Shown piece by piece: positions 41,450-52,471 of a DNA stretch of 64,000 bases; positions within the stretch are counted from its first letter, which is position 1, and each line of letters opens with the position of its first letter. The notes under the pieces are model-generated. The model saw only the letters and a list, made by a program, of their open reading frames with translations, had not been told where the DNA came from and searched no databases. A program made the translations under genes and the position numbers. Location: NCBI RefSeq assembly GCF_001949145.1, contig NW_019091362.1, forward strand, positions 558,670 through 622,669, given 5' to 3'. The stretch is from Acanthaster planci (lineage: Eukaryota).

Positions 41450-42089
41450 CCCTAACCCCCTAGGGTGTATGTAAAATTGTATTGAAATTGCAGGANNNNN
41501 NNNNNNNNNNNNNNNNNNNNNNNNNNNNNNNNNNNNNNNNNNNNNNNNNNNNNNNNNNNNNNNNNNNNNNNNNNNNNNNNNNNNNNNNNNNNNNNNNNNN
41601 NNNNNNNNNNNNNNNNNNNNNNNNNNNNNNNNNNNNNNNNNNNNNNNNNNNNNNNNNNNNNNNNNNNNNNNNNNNNNNNNNNNNNNNNNNNNNNNNNNNN
41701 NNNNNNNNNNNNNNNNNNNNNNNNNNNNNNNNNNNNNNNNNNNNNNNNNNNNNNNNNNNNNNNNNNNNNNNNNNNNNNNNNNNNNNNNNNNNNNNNNNNN
41801 NNNNNNNNNNNNNNNNNNNNNNNNNNNNNNNNNNNNNNNNNNNNNNNNNNNNNNNNNNNNNNNNNNNNNNNNNNNNNNNNNNNNNNNNNNNNNNNNNNNN
41901 NNNNNNNNNNNNNNNNNNNNNNNNNNNNNNNNNNNNNNNNNNNNNNNNNNNNNNNNNNNNNNNNNNNNNNNNNNNNNNNNNNNNNNNNNNNNNNNNNNNN
42001 NNNNNNNNNNNNNNNNNNNNNNNNNNNNNNNNNNNNNNNNNNNNNNNNNNNNNNNNNNNNNNNNNNNNNNNNNTTTGGGACTGTTAGGG
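41450..42089. mobile_element. piggyBac-like non-autonomous element spanning an assembly gap
   Basis: TTAA|CCCTAACCCCCTAGGGTGTATGTAAAATTGTATTGAAAT ... N ... TTTGGGACTGTTAGGG|TGAA. Terminal inverted CCCTAAC/GTTAGGG, with the right TTAA apparently mutated. Confidence 0.65.
41496..42073. other. Assembly gap (N run)
   Basis: Continuous N. Confidence 1.
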
Positions 42090-45000
42090 TGAAGCAAGGT
42101 GAATGTAGTATTACATTAATACGATTTCATGTTGTGATGTAGTGTCTTCTGTGTATTTCAAAACATAATTTACCCAGATACCACACAATCATTATTCAAA
42201 TTCAGTGCTTGTAGAAAGAGGTTACAAAATTGAGAAATTGATTGAAAAGAGAAATTTATGAAATCCTACCCAAAGAGCACCCCAGACATGTCTGTACCAT
42301 TATTGACATTCTTGTCACAATCAGGATATACATGTACATGTAGGTGCTTCTTAATACAGTGGGAACATTCACACATGAACACTTTGTGTTGTAAGGCTGG
42401 TCAAAGTGGGAATGAATGAGTTCCAGGGTAATGAGGTGTTCTCAGTAGACTGTCATTTTGAAATCTGACCTTTTAAAACATTTCCATGCAACTGAAGTGA
42501 AATTGCTTAACGGAGGGGACTGCAAGTTATGTAAACCCTGAGCGAAACCATGTAGCTCTGTGGAAAGTGCTGTCACCCAAGGTAACACCGTTCTAGACAC
42601 CCCTACCAAGTCTGACATGTGCTATAGTTTCTCGGCTGTCTTCTTGCCTTGTCTGTTGTCCCAAATCTGTATTGAAACCAGGGAAACAAGCCGCCTAAAA
42701 ATTGCAATAGATGCAAATGCAACAGACTTCACTCATTACATTATTCATTGATCCTAAAAGCTTGGTCTATTTATATTGTAATTCCGTTAGTGATTTCTAG
42801 AGTCAACATGTTTTCAAGACCGGCTCCAGAGACAAAGTTCGTTGCATTTTAAATTCACTTACCCAGCTGTTCCCACTGGAATTCCTGAGTGTCTAGGGAG
42901 CCTAAATCTTGAATTCATTGCATGCTATCTTTGCATCAAACTTTGCTTTCACTCTCTTGACACATTCAGTGTTGATAGAGTTGGACCGCGGTCGATTTAT
43001 TGTAGCTGCTTTCTTCATAATGTCAGTTTTATACTGCTCGAGTCAAACTTTGCAACCAGGGATTTGGCCACCAAGTTTTTGCCTGGGTTTTTTTTGTTTT
43101 TATGTGTTGGTTTCGTAGGCTTCTGTCATGGAGGGTTTTTTAACAAGTGAGAGGAGAATCGTAATAAAGAATGTAATTGGATCCAATCATAGGAATTCAA
43201 ATGTGCTCTGAAAGCATGTAATTTGTCTAGTTTGTACACATTCTGAAAGTGAACCCTTTCAGGCCTTAAAGCATTATTGGACTGATGATTGATTTGCATT
43301 TTAATTCTAAGATTTTTCTTCTGAAATGTACTTATCCTTATGTACTTATGTAAAGTGATGTGATTTGAACAATGTTCACTCTTGGATTACTGAAAAATTT
43401 ACAATTTTATTATGTTTAAATATATTTACCCATTTTAAATAGAAATGACTTAATGCATAATATCTTGTAGGTTGGGTAAAAATTGGGATTTAATTTGACC
43501 GTTGTCACAAGGTTATTTCCACCAGGCCAAATATGTCTCTTTGTTCAACTTCGATGGGAGAGATTGTGTGCCCTCAGCCTCCTTAACTTGATCAAATCCT
43601 GTCACCTGATACAGCATTAAGGTTGACCCATGCCTTGTCTCATTCTTGAATCTGTGTCTTAGCCGTGCCTCCAGTCTGTCCAAGGGTCGGTATGGCTGAA
43701 CAGCCCAGCTAGACTGGAGAAATCTGGAATGCCAGACCAGAGGCCGGAAATTTTTCCGTCACTATTATTGTATTGAGATGTGTGATGAGAGGCCAGTGTT
43801 TCAGGATTATGTTTCAGTCATAGGTTCATCAGTGACCAGGCATGAGTGGAAGCTTAATCCAATTTGTATGCTGCAAAAAACTGAGAGAGGATTCCTTTGG
43901 TCGTGTGTTTTGAGTTGCTTCCATAGGGCATGTAGATGGTTCAGGTTAGTGGTGAAGGGGTAGCCGAACAAAACAAGCAGGCTCTTGGAGAAACTTTCTA
44001 AAAATTTGCCCTGAGGTTATCTAGGCGTGGATAAATTGCAGCAGGAAGTTAGGGAAGTATTATTGGTTTATGCAGATAGTGTTCGTGTAATTTGACTACT
44101 TAAAGTTCTTAAACAGTTTTTTGTGCACGACCTTTATGGCATATTGTAAAGTTGTCTTTGACTAAAACAAGCCATGTGATCACTGGCTAGGTACTTTTGA
44201 TGATTTTATTGGTCAACTAGTCAGTCGTGCAAAGGGGAATTTGCTGTCTTGATCCAAGTCCATAGCATCGGTTAACCAGCAGTAAACATTGTGCCATTGA
44301 AGTACCTACCCGGTATCAAAAATGTTGACAGTGGGTGTGTAAATTTCCACTTGCCATGTTACTGTACTGGTAAGCAGACAAAGGTGCTGACAGAAACGAA
44401 AAATAGCTAAAGTTCTGAACAGGTTCACGTACAGTATATCAAGAAATTGTTGCCTATTGTGTCTTCTTTGTAAGGCATGTCTGTTCAGTATTCTGTCAGA
44501 TTTGGAAGTGTCTGATGTCAATGTGTCTTTTGTGAATAATCCTTTGAGTCTTCATCAGAACAGTGTAGTATTAGGTTCTGATATTTGCTGCACTCAAGCA
44601 AAATTGCCATTTAGTTAAGGTGTAAGTTGCCATTTTAATTTTTTTAAAGCAGTTGTCACATCCTTACTCAGGTAAACAGAGATACTGAATTCAATCAATT
44701 TTAAGGCCGGGAAAAGCATTTTTACGAGTCAAAAGTTATTGATTACTGAACATCATATCATCAACTTCCAGTCCTTCAGCAGAGTGCTTTGCCAACACAA
44801 GTGTCTCCACACGCCCAGTCTATTTACACCATCATCATGCGAAATTTCAAATCATTTTTCCAAATAAATTGACCCCAACACTCCACTCTCTCTGGCAGTC
44901 AGACCACCTTAATATTGTACACCCTGCCAAGGAGAAACATTGAACACCAGGGGTAATAATCCAACTGTTATTGCCAGGCTCGGGGATGGTCCGTACCCAG

Positions 45001-45191
45001 ACTATCCACAATCCCTACTGTGTCCCATTCCTAGCTGCTTTGGATAATGATCTCTCACCCTTAGTCAATCCCATTGCCTCTACCATATTGAACTGATGAT
45101 ATTAATTGATACATCAGCTAGGCAGAACGTGCCAAATGACCCAAAAAGTTTGTGTTTAAGCACATGACACCAAAGCACAAGCTGTGCAATA

Positions 45192-45421
45192 TACTACTCA
45201 AAAAAGTTGAGGACCACTTTCTATTCTGTCATTTGACTTTTCCCAGAAATTGTCCATCTTGAGAAAATGTCCATTTGAATTTTTGAGACATTTTTAAAAT
45301 TTTTATTGCAATGAGAACGCCATCTAGACAAACAAGAAATATAAGGACTAGACTCCACTCAATGCTTGAGAAAAAAAATACAAGTTAGGGAAAAAGGGGT
45401 CCTTAATTTTTTTGACTAGTG
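45192..45421. mobile_element. Tc1/mariner-like MITE with TA target duplication
   Basis: TA|tactactcaaaaaagttgaggacc ... ggtccttaatttttttgactagtg|TA. About 24-bp TIRs of the CACT..CAAAAAA type typical of Tc1-like elements; 230 bp, non-coding. Confidence 0.75.
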
Positions 45422-46236
45422 TATTACAATTTTATAGAAACCTTGTATTTACACTTGTTAACCATTGTGTTGGAATGGACAGGACTGATTCAATACCTTT
45501 GGATTTACTGAAATCACATACTTGCAGCCTCCTTGTAGCTTCCTACTGATGGTTGATACATGTACTTCAAATCTGACCAATGAGCCTTCAGGACATATTG
45601 CACATGCCATAGGTTTTTTTTCACATACATTCTTAATCTGCCAGACTCATTGTTTATTTCTCATTTGACATCTCAGTAAATGCAGGATCATTGTGGGCGA
45701 AATTAACCAACCTTGCTATTTGATTTCCATTATTGAAGGCCACAAACTGAAATGTCAAAACTCTGGTGACAGCCATCTGATTGCGTTGGGATTGATTCCA
45801 ATTGAATTTATTCAAACACAAATCAGTTGACATACAAAACTCGAGCAGCTTATGCCATCCCAAAGCTAGTTGAGATGGTTAGGCTTTAAGCCAGAAACAA
45901 TGTGCGTTGTTGAAAAAGAACATTGAAACAAGCTGCAGTTGGTTTTATAGATCACAGGTGGCGACAATTAAAAGCAGGAACTCATAAAAATGTCCCATTG
46001 TAATTTAATTTGGGGAAATTTCATTAATAAGATGCCTGTTCAATTGAAGCCTTTAGATTCAAAGCTAGGTCAGCAAAGCTTTTGAACTAGATGCACATTT
46101 CATGAGCCATTGTATCTGGGCCATGGGTTTTATTAATTCTAGAACAGATAACAAAGTCCTGTAGAGTTGGAAAATTGTTGGTTGAAGATGAGATCGTCCC
46201 AAATGACTGAACGGTTTGGCCATGTTTCATTTGCAG

Positions 46237-46357
46237 GCGATGATGGCTTGGGCCTTAGCATTATCGGCATGGGGGTGGGTGCAGACGCAGGACTGGAGAA
46301 ACTTGGTATCTTCGTCAAGACCATCACTCAAAATGGTGCAGCTCATCGAGATGGGAG
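46237..46357 (+). CDS. PPP1R9A: Neurabin/spinophilin PDZ-domain exon
   Basis: Acceptor tttcatttgcag|GC, donor GGGAG|gtaaga. 121 nt, phase 1 to 2. Encodes (G)[39 protein letters not shown](R) with the GLGL carboxylate-binding loop and the [19 protein letters not shown] signature. Confidence 0.97.
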
Positions 46358-48837
46358 GTAAGAATGCAGACAGTGATGAGAAAAGAAAGATAGCTTTTTG
46401 TTTTGGTAGAATTGAGTGATTTGACAAGAACACAGGTCCTTGCTGAGGTGCAAGTAAGCTCCCCCACTGCATAAATGAGTGACAAGTAACTTAAAGATTA
46501 CCCGAGCATCATTAATCTAGTGTGCACGTACTTTTTGCGTTGATCTACCGGTAGATGAAAACTGGTCATGCATGAGCTATACCGGTAGCAGTGTGTGTGA
46601 ATGTTGCCCTTAGCACACTGGTTGTCTCGAGTATCCCATACAGTTAAATGATGGCATGTCTACCATTTCAACAAATCAAATTGTATTTATGAATTATGCA
46701 GTCTGATTTAATTTTATTACACCTGCCCTTTCAGCTAAAAAATAGGAAAAATGGCACGGATGTGTCTTAAAGCTGAAGTAAACCATTGCATTCTGTTGGA
46801 CGAAGCTGTTGAATCTTACCAATAGTTTCCCGATAACTGCTTTATGCTAAGCATGAAAATTCTACTTACCAGAAATCCATGTAGTGATTTCTTCCCTTTT
46901 AGGTGGTGGTAAAGCGTGAAGCTTTTTGATTCAGGCGAGTGGCATCATCTAACACTCAGGGAGTAAGATGTGATTGATTTGAGATCGAGCCCCTGTAAAA
47001 TCTATTTATCTTTTCACTTTGATATGCATTACTGCCACATTAGTGCTGTCTGTCCACTTTGTTCACCCTCCCCCCTCCTTCCAACCCTGTCCAAATTATA
47101 CACCTTTGCAGACATCAAAGGAATTTTACCCTACTCAGGTATTCATGGGAATCTCAATCTGTCAGAATCCTGCCGATCCTTTTCTTCATGGTCTGTGATG
47201 CCCCAAGGTACCGGCAAGCCTGCCGTGTGAAGTAACTCCCCTATTGGCTCGTCGTAGTTCAGCGTGTCATGTGGTCCGCTCACTCAGCTATACCCTTAAT
47301 TTGTCTGGAGTGCCGAGCCTGTCCGCCTCTCTTTCTCACTTTCCCCCCCTCGCCGGCGTGCTTCTTCTTATTCAAGTGTGATAGCTCATCTGCCAGGCAG
47401 CGAACTCAGTCAGTGCAGTCTGGAGTCGTGTACTTCTGAATGTAGATGGCTGACCCAGATACCTGTCAGTTTGATAAGGGTACTGGGATGGCACTTGGCT
47501 CCAAGAGATTTGTTGAAAAGCTCGTATAGCCAATATGTTTATACGTGCACTTTAACTTGGAAAGCAATACAATATTCAATCAGTAAGACTTTGGGATGTG
47601 TTGATGAAGAGGCTTATACCACAGAGAAAGACCCAAATACCCCTCTGAAAAAAAAAACTGGAAGAGTGATGTGATGCATAGAAACCAATTTGACTAAAAC
47701 ATAGTTTGTGTGCTAGTTTTGAAGGGTGATTTTGACCAGAATAGTCAAGCCATCCTGACAGCGACGTACGTACTAGCCTTTTCTCTTCACCTGAGCAATA
47801 AACGGACCAGGCGTTTGACTCACCTATTTAGAATAATCAATTAGCACTGGGTGTTAAGAAGGAATCAACTTCTGAGTGTAGATAGAAAGCTCCCACTTTA
47901 CTAGTGAGTGGTTTCCACCCGGATATTGGTCAGAGTGTGAAGTGTAACCGTCCAGTCAGATGATATATGTGTACCCCGATAGAATTCTTATGTTCCACTG
48001 AGTGCCTTAACCTCCCTGTGATAGGACGATATTGCTGAGGTATCGTTGTCTTGCGGTTTTCCTCTTTAGGACCCCCTCTTGTAGGGCGTACAGACACTTC
48101 GGCTCCCAGATCAAGATTTTGTGAAGTCCCATCAGCACTGCTGTTGATTATCCTTTGCTCCCTAGTCTGTTTCACTGGTTGACCGCAAATGCTGAGAGGA
48201 GAGGCGCAAGCTGCAGTTAATTTTGAATTTTAGACGGCAGGGTCAACCAATTGAAGTCTGGAAGTACAGTTAGTGGCTTGTGGCTACAGCCACACAAAAG
48301 ATCTCCGAATGGAATTAAGAAATTGCAGCCTACCCTCCTGTCTCTGGGGAAATTTGTCTTTTTTGTAAACTGGTTCAATAATGTCCAACCAGAATTGCCA
48401 TGTTGGAATGGGATTCCAAATTGGTTCCTTCCTCTAATTTGCTCTTGAAGAAGGTAGGTAAATTTGAAAAGAACTCAAAAGTGCACTTCTTAAAAAAAAT
48501 GTACATAGAAGTGAGCTTGTTCAGAATTCATTATACATTCATTCTGAATTACCATTGGTATTCTCATGGTACTGGAACCTGGTCATGTGACGGACCCTTC
48601 ATGAAATAAACCCCGCAATCTGCCCATAATGCAAACACACCATTACAAAAATTAAACATACCACATTAACAAGCATGTATTTTTTCCCTTAAATGAGAGG
48701 AAAAAGTCTGGAAAGTCATCTAAGCCTCATCTAATCAAATAGGGTAGTAAAATAAGATAGATCCGCTGTCACTTTTCATTACGGTTATCAGGTGCGTCAT
48801 GATAACGGTATTACTGAACAAACTGCCCAGGAACATT

Positions 48838-49071
48838 CAGCTTGTCCGCCAGCAAGCAGTATTCTGCACTCCAGAGCACGAAGTGCAGAGAGAGGCTAGG
48901 GACGACCCAGATGAAGAGCTAAATTGGATTTTAAAGTACTCGCCTCTAGTTACCGGGGAGAAAATCTTGGGAAGAAAGCGAGAGCAAGAAGACGGCTCTG
49001 AAAAGGTCACAGTGTTGCGAAGATGAACTCTGACCTTTTCAAAGAATATTACTGCTTGGGAAGACAAGCTG
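48838..49071. repeat. Imperfect inverted repeat, possibly an old MITE
   Basis: cagcttgtccgccagcaagcagtattc versus gaatattactgcttgggaagacaagctg (reverse complement cagcttgtcttcccaagcagtaatattc). Confidence 0.4.
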
Positions 49072-49428
49072 TACACGTAAAGTATAAGTAAATTATCAGA
49101 AAAGGGAGAAGGAAATGACACCGTCTAGTCAATCCATGGACAACATCTAAGGCTCTGTGGATAGTGTCAGAGACAAAGGCTTCAAGTACTAATGGGTCAA
49201 AAGTTTCTAGATTCGAAGTAGGTTTTTCATAGTTCATTGTCAGACTTCTGCATCAAAATTTTGGATGATAGCCACAACGTGGAGATGCGCAGATAAGCTG
49301 ACATCTACACGGTGGTTCAAAAATGTTGAATATGTAAATTCTGTGTCTTCTTACAAATAAAATAAAAGAATCCACTTTTAACTTAAAGTTTGTTTAGTCC
49401 CAATTTGTTCCTTCTCTTTTGGCTGCAG

Positions 49429-49533
49429 GATCAGCGTGAATGATCAAATCATTGAGGTGGATGGGAAAAGCCTTGTAGGTGTCAGTCAGAGCTATGCTGC
49501 CAGCGTCTTGAAGAACACCAGTGGACTAGTCAA
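49429..49533 (+). CDS. PPP1R9A: Neurabin/spinophilin PDZ-domain exon (second half)
   Basis: Acceptor cttctcttttggctgcag|G, probable donor GTCAA|gtgggt. 105 nt, phase 2 to 2. Encodes (R)[34 protein letters not shown](K/N). The 3' boundary is less certain because the donor is weak. Confidence 0.92.
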
Positions 49534-49551
49534 GTGGGTAGCCACCATATA

Positions 49552-49605
<54 letters not shown>

Positions 49606-49620
49606 AGGCCGTCTGTCTGT
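49552..49620. repeat. (TCTG)n microsatellite
   Basis: About 13 perfect TCTG units plus a short interrupted tail, directly visible. Confidence 0.97.
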
Positions 49621-52432
49621 ATACCAGTCTTCTTTGTCCAAAGACCCTCATGAGGATGCACATCCCTGAAATTATGTTCATGGTACGGGGCCCAGGGTGC
49701 ATGACTTTGATACACCGGTCCAAGACCTCAGACTACATGTAGGCCCCAGGCATAAGCCTCACAGCCATGATTCTGTGTGCTTAGCCATATACTACATGTA
49801 AATTTAGGTCCAGGAACCCATTTTCAAAGCCTGAGGCCCAAACTCTCAGACAGGCCAGAGTTTTCAGGCCACATGTCTGTGACTACATGTACACGTTGAA
49901 GGCCGAAGATCACGAACCTGGTGCCATAGGTCCCAGGCCAGTCAGGCCATTGACCACAAAGAGGCTACAGGCCTGAAAACTGAAGCAGCACAAGATCCCA
50001 GGTACCTAAAACTGATGTACTGGTACCTTGTAGACAGTGAACACTTGGAGTGGATTTAGTTTAGGTTGCTATTACAGCTAGTCAAATGAATGAATACAGG
50101 TAAGAGCCACCAAGATTTCATTGTCACCTTTGTGCTGTGGTGGCTGTTCACTCCCCTCATAGTTTGATTGGCCAGGTTTATGTGTTTCTCAGCCCTACAT
50201 CATGCAAGTGGCCATGTGGCTCCTCAAGGCAAGAAAGCATGAGATGTGCTGTCTCTTGACTTAAAAATCCACAGAGACAGGGCATGCTGACAACTAATTG
50301 TCCTCTCCAGCAAACTCTCCAAATAAACAAACGAGTAAAACATTGCACGATGACGTGTCTATTTTTTCATGAGCACAAGAACAAGCATTTTGGTGCACAT
50401 ATATTGTTTCTTGCAGACTCAAGTATGAGTTCATTTTTATTCATAAAAATATGCATCTACATGTATATGTACACAGTTAACTAAGTTGGAAATATGTATC
50501 AATATGAGCACAAGTATGACAATGGTGCATTGACACATCATCTTTTTCCCTGTGATGGGGTTACCCATGCTATAATTTCATACATCAAAAGAGTACTTTA
50601 AGAGTGCATGCTGTCAGCTTGTAGATATCATTTGCAAACTAGTACCCCATGATCAAGTCCAATGTTTCATTATCAACAGTGGTCTTTCACAAACTCACTA
50701 GGGATGGTTTTCCTAGCGATGTTACTAAATTCATCACTGTATGCTCAGAAAGTAATAAGTGTGCAATAGGTGACAGGGATTGGGTAGATCCAAGTTATTT
50801 ACAACTTTGTTTGCTAGGTTGGCATTCATTAAACACACACATGCTTACCACAACCATTGATGCAATTTCAGGTGGCAGTCAACTGTGGTATTGTCGGGCG
50901 GCGGCATGAACCTTTTTTTTTATTTAGATTTATCATTTGCTCTCAGCGGCCTTGTTTTAATTGGCAATCTATCAGAACATTGCAGTAGTTGTTGACGGTC
51001 ACGCTCTGTGTAGGTTGGATGTTCAGCATTCATGAATTGGCCTCCGGTGGCCATAGTCATCAGTTGTTTCATTGCAGCATTGCTTACCTGGCCAGAGCGT
51101 TTAATGCCGTCCATAAATCATGCACAGCAATAAAGTCCTAGTCAGATTGATTTTTTATTCAGTGCTGCAACTTAAAGGTGGCTGAAGAAATTTCAGCATA
51201 GTCGTGAAATCTTACCAAAAGTTAGAGCCTTGCGATTTCTGTTTACTGTTGCTGCTTGAATTCATTTATGATCATCACAGTGCAGTGTTATTAATCTTTG
51301 GCAAATGCTCTTGTTTGTTAATTGACATGCCCCCAGAAAGTTAAATGAATCCATTTTTGTTACCCATCACCGAATCGTAATGATTCTTCCAGATTTGAAA
51401 TTCTTAGAACTGTTGTAAATCACTGCCTTCCCTGACCATTATTATCATCTGGAAATTCTATTCTCTTGTATAGGACTTTTGTCTGATCAGTGGATTGAGG
51501 TCATCCACTATCTGGGTTTTAATCATCTCATTTCTGTAGGGAAGTTAGCTCAAAGTTCCATCTCTGGCCATTGTGGGGTGTCTTCATTTTTGTAAGTCGT
51601 CTTTGCCTGGAGCATGTTCAACAGGTCATGGACGGCTCTGGATGTCAAAGCTTTTGTGCCAGTCTGACAATCTGAGACTTGCCTTACAACATGTAGATTT
51701 GCCCAGTACTTTGACTTGGCCATCCAATACATCAAGAATTGTTCCTTCGTTTCCTTACCTGTCTCCCTGGAGAAAGATCCAGGGAGGGTAATTTCTTTGC
51801 ACTAGGTTTGCATTACCCTCCAGTGAACTACTCCCAATCTCATTCCTCTGCCCCCTCCCCTTGAAAAAGAGGAGATCCTGAAAAGGGATGATATATTTTC
51901 TCAACTGATTACCATTCTTTGGTTCATCCCCCCCCCCCGCAAGGCAGGCACCGCCTTCATAGTGAAAGCAACTGATTGGGTATAGTAAAAGCCAGGTTCC
52001 TCTCGTCCATTTTCTTGTCTGACTGTATCGAGCTGCAAGGTTACTCGAGGGTAGGCTTCCTCCTGAAGACGAGAGTTATCAATTTACAAGTGTTCACCTG
52101 ATGATAATCATCCCGTGACCGTGGTCTGTGTTCTTTTTGTTCAGAATGTACAGAGCGTAGCTTTTTTTAATGAGCTTAGGGATGACTTTCTGACACCGAC
52201 AGTGCATATTGTGACGATTTTTCATGTAGGAATTTCCATCCGCTTGGAAAAAGGTGCAGTTGCAGTTTCATTTTCTTTTTTTTAGTTGGCATGAAGACTT
52301 CATATTATGTGCTGCCATTCAGGGTCCCCCCCTAAAAGATCTTACAGAAACAAAAATTTATGCCCCCCCCCCGAAAAAAGGCCCTCTTTTTGGGGGGGGC
52401 TCCTAAACTCTGCCACTTTCCTGGACTCAAAA

Positions 52433-52471
52433 CAGTAAAAGATTGCATTGCAGTAAAAGATTGCATTGCAG
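52433..52471. repeat. 18-bp tandem duplication
   Basis: cagtaaaagattgcattg x2 plus cag. Confidence 0.85.

Larger units (their letters stand above)
28448..49533 (+). other. PPP1R9A: Partial neurabin/spinophilin (PPP1R9 family) gene: three internal exons with introns of about 17.7 kb and 3.1 kb; gene extends beyond the identified exons on both sides
   Basis: Spliced translation [119 protein letters not shown] matches, from memory, the neurabin/spinophilin PP1-binding tail plus PDZ domain. All introns are GT-AG and phases are compatible (0/1, 1/2, 2/2). The symbol is family-level; an invertebrate gene would be co-orthologous to PPP1R9A and PPP1R9B. Confidence 0.95.

Noticed and set aside
35672..42097. 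Long ORFs (149-358 aa) in the ORF track
   Set aside because: Artefacts of translating through N gaps.
51393..51436. ccag|ATTTGAAATTCTTAGA as the next neurabin exon (F-E-I-L-R)
   Set aside because: Does not continue as the expected FxIGRE-like sequence and reaches a stop within about 14 codons.
52362..52400. C-run/G-run hairpin resembling an intrinsic terminator
   Set aside because: Homopolymer-based pairing in a eukaryotic intron; probably a repeat remnant.
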